64,000 nt of DNA from an uncultured bacterium (lineage in GTDB: Bacteria > UBA8248 > JACPRG01 > G963555815), in the NCBI GenBank assembly GCA_964437725.1, contig CAYTIB010000086.1, forward strand, positions 641 to 64,640, given 5' to 3'. The position numbers and the translations under genes are program-made. The notes below the pieces were generated by a model that did no database searches, was not told where the DNA came from, and saw only the letters and a list, made by a program, of their open reading frames with translations. This document shows positions 11,556 to 19,430 of this stretch, one piece after another; within the stretch, counting starts at the first letter, position 1; each line of letters opens with the position of its first letter.

Positions 11556-12665
11556 ATGGCAAGCAAACCAATAGCAATTCTGGGGGGAGGGAATGGCGCG
11601 CATGCCCTAGCCGCGGATGTGGCCCTTCAGGGGTGTTCCGTTCGGATGTATGAAGACCCCATCTTTGAAGAGAGCTTTCGACCCACGCTCGAAAGCAGGC
11701 AAATCAAGCTTAGTACACCGCAGGGAAGCGGAATTGCAAAGTTAAGTTGTGCTACACACGAAATGACCGAAGCATTGGAGGGTGTCTCTCTAATTAACAT
11801 TGTCACACCAACCGGTGGACATCCCACCATGTTTGATCAGCTCGTGCCGTTACTCAAACCTAACCAGAAGGTTATAGTGTGGGCCGGAAGATTCGGGGGC
11901 ATGAGGCTTGCCAAGCGAGTTTTGGATAACGGGGGACCGCAAGCTGCGATCATAGCCGAGACAAACACACTACCCTACGGAACGCGATTGACAGGCCCCG
12001 CGCAGGTGACAGTATTTTATCCGGCTCGACGAATCTTTCTTGGGGCGATCCCATCCGACAGGACCAATGCTTTAACGGCAGAAGTTCGAAATTTTTGCCC
12101 GATGACTCTATCAGCCCCAGATATTCTTTCCGCCTCATTCCGGAATGGTGCTATCGTTGTCTACCCGATAGGCGCGCTTTTCAACGCAGGGCGAGTAGAG
12201 CACTCAGGTGGCGAGTTCTTCATGTTTAGGGAGGGAATTACACCATCTGTGGCTCGGGTATTGAAGGAAGTATATAGAGAAATGGAAGCGGTTGGTGATG
12301 CGCTTGGCTTAGATGTGGAGCACTACCCTGATGAGGCATTTGAGCCTCCTCATTCTATTGAAAAAGAAGAGTTTACAGATCCCTCAGGCCCTTCGGATTT
12401 GCTCAATAACCTCAAAGGGCCTACGTCTATTCCAACCCGGTATTTATATGAAAACCTTCGGGATGCCTTAGCCGTTGTATCCGAACTGGGTCGGGTGTCT
12501 TGTGTTCCGACGCCAGGATGTGATGCTCTTGTCCGCCTGGGAGGCATGTTGACAGAAGAAGATTTCTGGGAAAACCGACAGGGACTGGAGACAATGGGAC
12601 TGGTTGGGATGAGCGTAAAAGAGATTCAAGAAAAGCTGAACAAAGGATTTTTCAAGCATTCGTGA
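11556..12665 (+). CDS. NAD/NADP octopine/nopaline (opine) dehydrogenase family protein
   Basis: The 369-aa ORF has the N-terminal Rossmann motif IAILGGGNGAHALAADVALQG and the overall layout typical of this family. The specific substrate is unknown. Confidence 0.75.
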   Translation: MASKPIAILGGGNGAHALAADVALQGCSVRMYEDPIFEESFRPTLESRQIKLSTPQGSGIAKLSCATHEMTEALEGVSLINIVTPTGGHPTMFDQLVPLLKPNQKVIVWAGRFGGMRLAKRVLDNGGPQAAIIAETNTLPYGTRLTGPAQVTVFYPARRIFLGAIPSDRTNALTAEVRNFCPMTLSAPDILSASFRNGAIVVYPIGALFNAGRVEHSGGEFFMFREGITPSVARVLKEVYREMEAVGDALGLDVEHYPDEAFEPPHSIEKEEFTDPSGPSDLLNNLKGPTSIPTRYLYENLRDALAVVSELGRVSCVPTPGCDALVRLGGMLTEEDFWENRQGLETMGLVGMSVKEIQEKLNKGFFKHS

Positions 12666-12843
12666 CTTTTTAATTCAAGTGATTTGGCGAAGGGCAAGTC
12701 GCAATTATTGGATAAAGAAATAATGGAGGCACGAATAGCCCTGAGCCCAAAACCTGAGCTAGCGGTTTATGCCTTCGTCAAATTGGAGCAGGCACCCGTT
12801 TCCCAAACTCTAAAAGCATCCTGTGCTTCCACTCCGGGATTTC

Positions 12844-12872
12844 TTGACATACCCCAGGCCAGAGCTAAAAAT
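12844..12872 (+). promoter_or_regulatory. sigma70-like promoter candidate for tRNA-Arg/tadA
   Basis: A perfect -35 TTGACA (12844..12849) is followed after 16-17 nt by TAAAAA/AAAAAT (12866..12872). It lies about 40 nt upstream of the tRNA-Arg 5' end. Confidence 0.35.
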
Positions 12873-12912
12873 AAATTTGCGAACTCAAAAGAAGATGGAA
12901 GCTGTGAACAGT

Positions 12913-12989
12913 GCGCCCTTAGCTCAATTGGATAGAGCGCCGGATTACGGATCCGGAGGTTGGGGGTTCGACTCCCTCAGGGCGCGCCA
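12913..12989 (+). tRNA. tRNA-Arg (anticodon ACG), CCA encoded
   Basis: Acceptor GCGCCCT/AGGGCGC, anticodon stem CCGGA/TCCGG with loop TTACGGA, T-loop TTCGACT and 3' GCCA. Confidence 0.9.
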
Positions 12990-13040
12990 TTTTTGTTTTG
13001 GAGCCTAGGTTTCCCATTGTTTGAAAAAGACTTTGATTGG

Positions 13041-13508
13041 ATGCGGCGTGCCTTGGAGCTCGCTCAGGAAGCAGCAGGCGAAGAGGAGGTTCCGGTAGGG
13101 GCGGTTGTAGTTCTGGACGATCAAAGTATTGCTGAGGGCCGAAATGAGGTTGAGAAAAGAGGGGACCCCACCGCTCATGCGGAACTTTTGGCAATTCAGC
13201 GTGCAGTTAAAAAAAGGGGGTATTCTCGTCTCGTTGGCGCAACGCTATATACGACGCTAGAGCCGTGCGCTATGTGTGCTGGAGCGATTTTGCTAGCGCG
13301 GGCCCAAAGAGTGGTCTATGGCGCTCGGGACGCAAAAGGCGGTTTCTGCGGTAGCTTGCACGATATCATGGCCGACCGACGACTCAATCACCAGGTCGAT
13401 GTCCGGGAAGGGTTACTGGCCGAGGAATCGAGACAGTTGCTTCAGGACTTTTTTCAGTTGCAGCGAGCTCCGGCCGGAAGCGGCAGACAGGCTAGAAGAT
13501 CACAATGA
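13041..13508 (+). CDS. tadA: tRNA-specific adenosine deaminase TadA
   Basis: The CDA-fold zinc motifs TAHAELLAI (HAE) and EPCAMCAGA (PCxxC) are present. I place the start at ATG 13041 (MRRALELAQEA) because the ORF-track start at 12960 lies inside tRNA-Arg. Confidence 0.9.
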   Translation: MRRALELAQEAAGEEEVPVGAVVVLDDQSIAEGRNEVEKRGDPTAHAELLAIQRAVKKRGYSRLVGATLYTTLEPCAMCAGAILLARAQRVVYGARDAKGGFCGSLHDIMADRRLNHQVDVREGLLAEESRQLLQDFFQLQRAPAGSGRQARRSQ

Positions 13509-13542
13509 AGGCCTGGGATATAAAGCAGTGGATGTAGACACC

Positions 13543-13632
13543 GGAGAGATGGCCGAGTGGTTGAAGGCGGTAGACTCGAAATCTACTGTACGGGCACCCG
13601 TACCGGGGGTTCGAATCCCTCTCTCTCCGCCA
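13543..13632 (+). tRNA. tRNA-Ser (anticodon CGA), CCA encoded
   Basis: Acceptor GGAGAGA/TCTCTCC, anticodon stem GTAGA/TCTAC with loop CTCGAAA and a long variable arm. It begins 35 nt after the tadA stop. Confidence 0.9.
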
Positions 13633-13877
13633 AAAAGACAAGGGAAAATAAATTGCCTGGAAAACAGGCAGCTTGGGTGTCGTCATACGCAAAGGAAAAT
13701 TTGTTTCATGGCAGTTCCCTTTTTCCCGAGATAGTAGTCTAATCACCTTTCACGCATGAGCTGAAAATTAATGCGATGCAATTTTTTCTGTGATCATGCA
13801 GGCTTTCGGTGGCGGTTATCATGAATGAATGGAATGTCGATCGCTTGTTGCCGAGACTTTGAAAACTGATCCATTAT

Positions 13878-13969
13878 GGAGAGATGACCGAGCGGCTGAA
13901 GGTGCACGACTGGAAATCGTGTAGGGGGGGAAACCTCCCTCGAGGGTTCGAATCCCTCTCTCTCCGCCA
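13878..13969 (+). tRNA. tRNA-Ser (anticodon GGA), CCA encoded
   Basis: Acceptor GGAGAGA/TCTCTCC, anticodon stem CACGA/TCGTG with loop CTGGAAA, a long variable arm and T-loop GGTTCGAATCC. Confidence 0.9.
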
Positions 13970-13980
13970 AGAAATCGGTA

Positions 13981-14254
13981 GGTCGTGCTAGGCGGGGCGT
14001 TAGCGGTGCCCTGTTGCCCGAAATCCGCTATATGCGGGGCCGAATTCCCCATGGCGGCCGGGCTGTTAGGTTGGACGTTTCCCGTGCGGGAGGTGTTGAG
14101 GGCTGGGTCTTGTGCGACGGGTGCCCGCGAACCCCGTCAGGTCCGGAAGGAAGCAGCGGTAAGCGATGTATCCCGTGCGCCGCAAGGTTGCCTGGCCTGA
14201 GCCGATCGCTCTGGAGTCCACCGGACGGGAAGGTCAATGTGGGGTGCACGACCG
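13981..14254 (+). ncRNA. ffs: signal recognition particle RNA, long (Bacillus-like, Alu-domain-containing) form, ~274 nt
   Basis: It contains the near-universal domain IV sequence GTCAGGTCCGGAAGGAAGCAGC (about 14135..14157). The 5' part GTCGTGCTAGGCGGGG..GCGGTGCCCTGT..GGGCCGAAT and the 3' end GGTGCACGACC resemble my recollection of the B. subtilis scRNA Alu domain and closing helix. It lies upstream of dnaX-ybaB-recR, a classic synteny. The ends are approximate. Confidence 0.8.
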
Positions 14255-14349
14255 CTGTATAATTTATCCGGACGGGCAGAGAGCCGGCGGTTTTCTCTTG
14301 GCGAAGCCGTCGGGAAGCTTTCCCTTCTTTCGAGAAAGGTACCCAACTG

Positions 14350-16137
14350 GTGGGTTATCAGGTAACGGCCAGAAAATACCGCCCTCAAACCTTCGCTCAG
14401 CTTATCGGGCAAGACCATATCCGAGTGACACTACAAAATTCGCTCAGCCGGGGACAGGTAGCACATGCTTATCTGTTTTCAGGGCCACGCGGGGTAGGAA
14501 AAACGACCGTCGCGCGCCTACTTGCCAAATCGGTAAATTGCGAGACGCGCACCCAAATGGTGAACAAGGGGGAGGGATTACCTGGTGAACCATGTAATGA
14601 GTGTTCTTCCTGCCAGGAAATCACAGAGGACCGTCACCCCGATGTTATCGAAATCGATGGGGCATCCAACACCGGAGTAGAGAATGTGCGCGACCTTCGT
14701 GCGCAGGCACAATACACACCAGCACGGGGACGCAACAAAGTTTATATCATTGATGAAATTCACATGCTTTCCAAGGGGGCCTTTAATGCTCTGTTGAAGA
14801 TCCTCGAGGAACCTCCGGACAACATAATTTTTATCTTTGCAACTACCGAGCCGGAAAAAATCCCCGCGACTATTAATTCACGGTGCCAGTCGTTTGATTT
14901 CCATCGCTTGTCACCGAACGCCATCATAGACCAGCTACAAAGGGTTGCAACAGGCGAAAACATTACGGCTGATGCAGCGGCTTTTCACCTTCTTTCCAGA
15001 ACGGCAGAGGGTAGCATGCGGGACGCCCAAAGCTTGTTCGACCAGGTTGTTGCTTATGCGGGAGGCGGTGAAGATGGTACGTCCCTGACGGAGGGGAAGG
15101 TATCCGAGGTGCTCGGGCTTGTGTCTGGATCTGTAATCCGGAAGATTGCCTTGATGATTGCCGAGGACGATCCCGAAAGCATCGTGAACACGGTCCGAAC
15201 TATCTTCAGCGAAGGCCAAGACGTCAGACAGTTTTGTGCGTCACTCATGAATTTCTTCCGTGATCTTCTAGTGGTTGAATCGGTTCGTAATCCGAAGAGC
15301 CTTTTGGATATGACGGAGGAAGAAATCCGTGAGCTTCCGGGTCTGGCAAAAAAGTTCGGCCAGGAAAAGCTCCATCGTTGTTTTCGAAAATCGATGGAAA
15401 TGGAGCGGGAAGTTAGGATTGCTTCCAATCCCCAGCCAGTATTGGAAGTTGCCCTACTGCGAATGGGAGCCATTCGACCCTCAGCGTCTCTCCAGGCCGT
15501 GATGGAAAAGCTGAACGCGGTTTCGGAAACTCTGGAAACAGGAGTAACCCCACCCTCGCTCGACCTAGGGGGTGAAGTAGGCGGCAGGGGTAAAGACGAA
15601 AATCCTGACTTACCCGAACCACCACCGAGTTCTAAGGTTGATAACCTCAAATCCCCGCCAGAAAGCGACGCGCCGGTTCCCACTTCCAAGTTGCCGGAAT
15701 CACCTTCTTCGGCTGAGCAGGATGGACAAGGCCTTTGGAATAATCTCATGCAAGAATTTGAAGCCCAAGCCTTACCCGTACTCCGATATTTCGATGGGGG
15801 AAGACTGGTGTCTGTTACAGAGGGCGAAGTGGTCCTTGGGCTAGTTGGATACAACCTGAATCTTGCCCTGGATCATCAAGTAGTGATCCAGGAAACAGTT
15901 AGTCAGGTTTTAGGAAAAGGGAGGAAGGTTACATTGCTTCCCATTGAGCAATCCGACCCACAAGGGGGGGGCCTGAAAACGAACGACACTGCTGAGGCTA
16001 AAGATAAGAACGGGGGCCCGCCGACGGGGTCAGACATGGAATCCGCAGATCCTCTAAAGCATATGTCACGAGTTCTCCGTGACGCAGATGAAATATTCGG
16101 GGATGCCGGTGGCTCTGACGACTCGCCGGTTTCATAG
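14350..16137 (+). CDS. dnaX: DNA polymerase III subunit tau/gamma
   Basis: The 595-aa ORF has a GTG start, ARKYRPQTF, Walker A GPRGVGKTT, the zinc module CNECSSCQ, and the SRC motif (NSRCQSFDF). The C-terminal half is proline/serine-rich. Confidence 0.95.
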   Translation: MGYQVTARKYRPQTFAQLIGQDHIRVTLQNSLSRGQVAHAYLFSGPRGVGKTTVARLLAKSVNCETRTQMVNKGEGLPGEPCNECSSCQEITEDRHPDVIEIDGASNTGVENVRDLRAQAQYTPARGRNKVYIIDEIHMLSKGAFNALLKILEEPPDNIIFIFATTEPEKIPATINSRCQSFDFHRLSPNAIIDQLQRVATGENITADAAAFHLLSRTAEGSMRDAQSLFDQVVAYAGGGEDGTSLTEGKVSEVLGLVSGSVIRKIALMIAEDDPESIVNTVRTIFSEGQDVRQFCASLMNFFRDLLVVESVRNPKSLLDMTEEEIRELPGLAKKFGQEKLHRCFRKSMEMEREVRIASNPQPVLEVALLRMGAIRPSASLQAVMEKLNAVSETLETGVTPPSLDLGGEVGGRGKDENPDLPEPPPSSKVDNLKSPPESDAPVPTSKLPESPSSAEQDGQGLWNNLMQEFEAQALPVLRYFDGGRLVSVTEGEVVLGLVGYNLNLALDHQVVIQETVSQVLGKGRKVTLLPIEQSDPQGGGLKTNDTAEAKDKNGGPPTGSDMESADPLKHMSRVLRDADEIFGDAGGSDDSPVS

Positions 16138-16169
16138 TGAACTGCTAATCCTAAGGAGAATTTCAATCA

Positions 16170-16493
16170 ATGGCCCAAAACTTGGGAAACATGGGGCAAA
16201 TGATGAAACAAGCCCAGAAGCTACAAGAGGACATGCAGCGGCTTCAAGAGGAGTTGGGCGAGAAGAGAGTAGAAGGAACGGCCGGGGGCGGTATGGTGCA
16301 AGCTATTGCGACAGGTAAGCAAGAACTGGTGTCTATCGAGATAGAGAAAGATGTTGTGGATCCCGAAGACATAGAGATGCTCCAGGATTTAGTAACCGCG
16401 GCCGTCAATGAAGCGTTACGGAAGTCTAGGGATATGGTTTCGGAGCAAATGTCCAGACTCACGGGCGGAATCGATATTCCGGGCTTAACGTAA
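16170..16493 (+). CDS. ybaB: nucleoid-associated protein YbaB/EbfC
   Basis: The 107-aa ORF has the MMKQAQKLQEDMQRLQEEL start typical of the family. The dnaX-ybaB-recR synteny supports it. Confidence 0.9.
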   Translation: MAQNLGNMGQMMKQAQKLQEDMQRLQEELGEKRVEGTAGGGMVQAIATGKQELVSIEIEKDVVDPEDIEMLQDLVTAAVNEALRKSRDMVSEQMSRLTGGIDIPGLT

Positions 16494-16557
16494 CCATGAA
16501 CTGCGACAGGCGGGCGAAAGATACCTGTAAGTCCCCTGTTGCCAAGAGGTTTTCCAA

Positions 16558-17154
16558 TTGGAACATTTCCCAGCCATAGAAGCCGTGGTGAACGAGCTTC
16601 GGAAGCTTCCGAGTATTGGGCCTAAAAGTGCCCAGAGAATGGCCTTTTTTCTTCTGAGGCGCAGCCGCGAAGACGTTGGCGCACTGGCCGCAGCTATCCA
16701 AGACCTGAAAGAGAAGGTGCGTTTCTGCTTGCAGTGCCATGGTATTGCCGAAGGAGAGCGTTGCGGGTTTTGTACCGATCCCGGTCGGGACACGTCGCTA
16801 GTTTGTGTGGTCGAGGAACCGGGAGATGTGTTCGCAGTTGAGAAAACAGGGGAATTCCGCGGGCGATATCACGTTTTGATGGGCGCTCTCTCGCCCCTGG
16901 ATGGTATTGGCCCAGAGGAGCTAACTATCACGTCGCTTGAGCAACGTATTAATGAAGAGGGGATTAAGGAAGTTATCATTGCCACGAATCCGAATTTGGA
17001 AGGGGACGCAACGGCTATGTACCTATCAAGGGTTCTAGGGCCCAAGGGGGTACGGGTTTCCCGGATAGCTCGGGGTCTTCCTGTAGGGACATCCCTGGAA
17101 TTTGCCGATGAGGTTACGCTCACGCGATCTCTTGAAGGACGCCGTGAAATTTGA
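16558..17154 (+). CDS. recR: recombination protein RecR
   Basis: The 198-aa ORF has a TTG start, the HhH motif LPSIGPKSAQRMAF, the C4 zinc finger CLQCHGIAEGERCGFC and a Toprim domain. Confidence 0.95.
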   Translation: MEHFPAIEAVVNELRKLPSIGPKSAQRMAFFLLRRSREDVGALAAAIQDLKEKVRFCLQCHGIAEGERCGFCTDPGRDTSLVCVVEEPGDVFAVEKTGEFRGRYHVLMGALSPLDGIGPEELTITSLEQRINEEGIKEVIIATNPNLEGDATAMYLSRVLGPKGVRVSRIARGLPVGTSLEFADEVTLTRSLEGRREI

Positions 17155-17262
17155 TGCAAATACTCATATTTGGTTTTGTACGAAAAGGCTAATTCGAGGA
17201 GTGCGCCACCGTATGAAATTAAATGAAAACCAACGTGTAAGTCGAATGTACCCTGGAGTTTT

Positions 17263-18612
17263 TTGATGAAGCCAGATCTTGTTGTCAAAAATGCAAAGGT
17301 GGTTAACTCGCTAGGGATGTATGAAGGGCATATTCTCATCAAGCAAGGGAAAATTCTGGCGGTAGTCACTGAGCTAGACCACGAACCCGAATCCGTTATT
17401 GATGCAAAAGGTCTGTATGTTCTTCCGGGGATGGTAGACGATCATGTCCACATGATGGACCCCGGACATACCGAGCGAGAAGATTTCACCACGGGTACCG
17501 AGGCTTCTGCAAGGGGTGGCGCAACCACAGTTATCGAGCACCACCGGACGATCCCGCCCGTATTTACGGCAGATCTTCTGCGTGAGAAGAGCGAGTACCT
17601 GAAAGAAAAATCTGTTGTTGATTTCGCCCAACTCGGCGGGCTAGCACCCGACAACATAAACGAACTTCAACCTATGTGGGAAGCGGGAGCATTGGGTTTC
17701 AAAGGGTTTCTCGTTGAGTTGCACGGGGCTCCCATGCTAACCGAAGGAGTTCTCCTCGATATTATGCACATGGTGAAGTCTTTTGATGGAACCTGCCTAT
17801 ACCATTGCGAAAGTGACACTATTTGCAGAAGAGGTAAAGAGAAGATCGATGAAGAAGGGCAGAAAGATTATTCGTCTATGCTGAATTGGCGCTCGATGGA
17901 AGCGGAATATATGGCATCAATGGAATTGATACACCTAACGGAGCTAACCCATTGCCAGTCCACGATTGCTCACGTTAGCCAGCCCCGCATTTTGGAAGCA
18001 GTCCAAGCGGCCAGACGGCGTGGCGCACCGATTTACGCAGAATCTTGCCCGCACTATTTTTATCTAACAGAGGAAGAAGGAGAAAAGCGCGGACCATGGG
18101 CAAAATTCACACCACCCCCTCGCCCCAAAGAGATCCGTGACGGAATGCGGACGGCACTGGGTAAAGGTTGGGTAGACATCATTGCCACAGACCACTGTCC
18201 TCATGTTAGGGAGGATAAGGAAAAAGGCCTCGACGATATCCACGAGGCCCCGTTCGGTATTCCAGGAATTGATACCACTACTCGCATGATGTTGAATGCA
18301 GTGAATGAGGGTTGGTTGGCACTGGAGCACCTTGTTCAAATGATGTGTGAGCAACCCGCCCGGCTTTACAATATCTTTCCCAAAAAGGGCACGATTCAGC
18401 CTGGTTCTGATGCAGATCTAATTATTGTCGATATGGATCGCAAGGAGACGTTAGCGAACGACTCCATAGTCAGCAAATGCGGATGGACAACATTTGATGG
18501 GATGGAAATAACCGGTGCGCCAACCCTAACGATGGTTCGAGGCACCGTAGTTATGGAAGATGGTCTTGTTACTGGCAGGGCTGGAGTAGGCGTCGAGGTG
18601 ACAAGGAATTAA
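17263..18612 (+). CDS. cyclic amidohydrolase (allantoinase/dihydroorotase/hydantoinase-like)
   Basis: The 449-aa ORF has PGMVDDHVHMMDPG metal-binding histidines, GGATTVIEH and ATDHCPH. The exact substrate cannot be resolved by eye. Confidence 0.8.
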   Translation: MMKPDLVVKNAKVVNSLGMYEGHILIKQGKILAVVTELDHEPESVIDAKGLYVLPGMVDDHVHMMDPGHTEREDFTTGTEASARGGATTVIEHHRTIPPVFTADLLREKSEYLKEKSVVDFAQLGGLAPDNINELQPMWEAGALGFKGFLVELHGAPMLTEGVLLDIMHMVKSFDGTCLYHCESDTICRRGKEKIDEEGQKDYSSMLNWRSMEAEYMASMELIHLTELTHCQSTIAHVSQPRILEAVQAARRRGAPIYAESCPHYFYLTEEEGEKRGPWAKFTPPPRPKEIRDGMRTALGKGWVDIIATDHCPHVREDKEKGLDDIHEAPFGIPGIDTTTRMMLNAVNEGWLALEHLVQMMCEQPARLYNIFPKKGTIQPGSDADLIIVDMDRKETLANDSIVSKCGWTTFDGMEITGAPTLTMVRGTVVMEDGLVTGRAGVGVEVTRN

Positions 18613-18836
18613 TGTCCTCCTTGGGGTTTTGTCCGGAGTTCACCACACAGAGGCATCAGGTAACCACCGACATCTAGTGTGATCAAAAACTTAGGCGTCC
18701 CTGAGTTCACTCTGGAGGGGCAATATTGGTCTGCCCTTTGGTTTACCCCTTCACACCAGTAGTTTTTCAGTTTAAATCTCAGTTGCAACTGCATTACTTC
18801 ACAGGAGAGCCATTCGAAAACTTCATTTCCTAGATT

Positions 18837-19424
18837 TTACTCTCTTCTTCCGTTCCAACCACTTTCCCAGATGTTCAAATTTTTGGTGGTATTCCATCGA
18901 CCCCTGAAACTGCGGCCGTCTTCGCTGAACTCAAACAAAAACTCACCAACCTCCCCGGGAGATGCCCAGGTCCCTTTCAAGACATTTCCTTCGATCGTTC
19001 CATCAATCACGTAGTTTGTGTCCAGTCGGTAAAGCCCCCGAACGCGGCGACCTTCCTGAATCAGGCGCATTGTGTAGAGCTGTTTCCCTCTCGACCTCCA
19101 GTTAATCCACTTTCCGCTGACATCCAGGATGACATCCCTGATTTTTGGGATGGGTGGAGCTTTAACCGCCGGCCTGCCGGCAGTCTCATCACGATAGGGG
19201 ACTGGGGTTGCCGGCATCAAGATATTCAGAATGTGCCACCACTCCTTGTCGAGCACTATGGTCTGCCGGGTCCCATTTCGATATTCTATGATAAGTTTTT
19301 TCGCTTCTTCCTTTTTCTTCCCTAGATCTTTATTTTGAGCGGATATATTGTTTCCAGCACCGGTGACCAAAACACAGCCGATAAAGAGGATTAATAATTT
19401 TTTAACGGAATGCATTCTGAACAA
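18837..19424 (-). CDS. hypothetical exported protein / possible lipoprotein
   Basis: The 195-aa ORF has an N-terminal signal with LILFIGC (lipobox-like). Its C-terminal domain has a repeated G.W...G.F pattern. No family is recognised. Confidence 0.55.
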   Translation of the reverse strand: MFRMHSVKKLLILFIGCVLVTGAGNNISAQNKDLGKKKEEAKKLIIEYRNGTRQTIVLDKEWWHILNILMPATPVPYRDETAGRPAVKAPPIPKIRDVILDVSGKWINWRSRGKQLYTMRLIQEGRRVRGLYRLDTNYVIDGTIEGNVLKGTWASPGEVGEFLFEFSEDGRSFRGRWNTTKNLNIWESGWNGRRE

Positions 19425-19430
19425 CTCTCC

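Noticed and set aside
12684-13008. ORFs 12684..12935 and 12823..13008, plus the 12960 start of the tadA ORF, overlap tRNA-Arg.
   Set aside because: They read straight through a well-formed tRNA gene. tadA has a proper ATG at 13041, downstream of the tRNA. The region 12844..12872 is better explained as a promoter.
13318-14588. Multiple ORFs cover tRNA-Ser(CGA), tRNA-Ser(GGA) and the SRP RNA (13318..13734, 13492..13746, 13819..14052, 13985..14200, 14014..14262, 14028..14249, 14137..14418, 14166..14588).
   Set aside because: The region is explained by structured RNA genes. GC-rich helices generate stop-free frames on both strands.
15348-15398. An in-frame A_AAA_AAG heptamer in dnaX (GCA AAA AAG, codons for A-K-K at aa ~333-335) is identical to the E. 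coli dnaX -1 frameshift slippery site. A hairpin TCCATCG...CGATGGA lies at 15371..15398.
   Set aside because: The -1 frame would add about 20 residues (VRPGKAPSLFSKIDGNGAGS*) and truncate the protein before the end of clamp-loader domain III (the ...QPVLEVALLRMGAIRP helix lies downstream), so the product is unlikely to be a functional gamma. The hairpin starts about 17 nt after the heptamer, farther than the 5-9 nt typical of stimulatory structures. It is worth a look only if ribosome profiling or proteomics data exist.
15054-15854. Long antisense ORFs lie opposite strongly supported genes. Examples are 15054..15854 opposite dnaX, 3405..3962 opposite recF, 5530..6036 opposite gyrB, 8296..8724 opposite gyrA, 16869..17369 opposite recR, 28159..28593 opposite glcF, 37073..37648 opposite the FG-GAP gene, and 43247..43756.
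   Set aside because: Their translations are low-complexity with no family resemblance, and each lies fully within a gene whose sense-strand product has clear conserved motifs. They are typical shadow ORFs.
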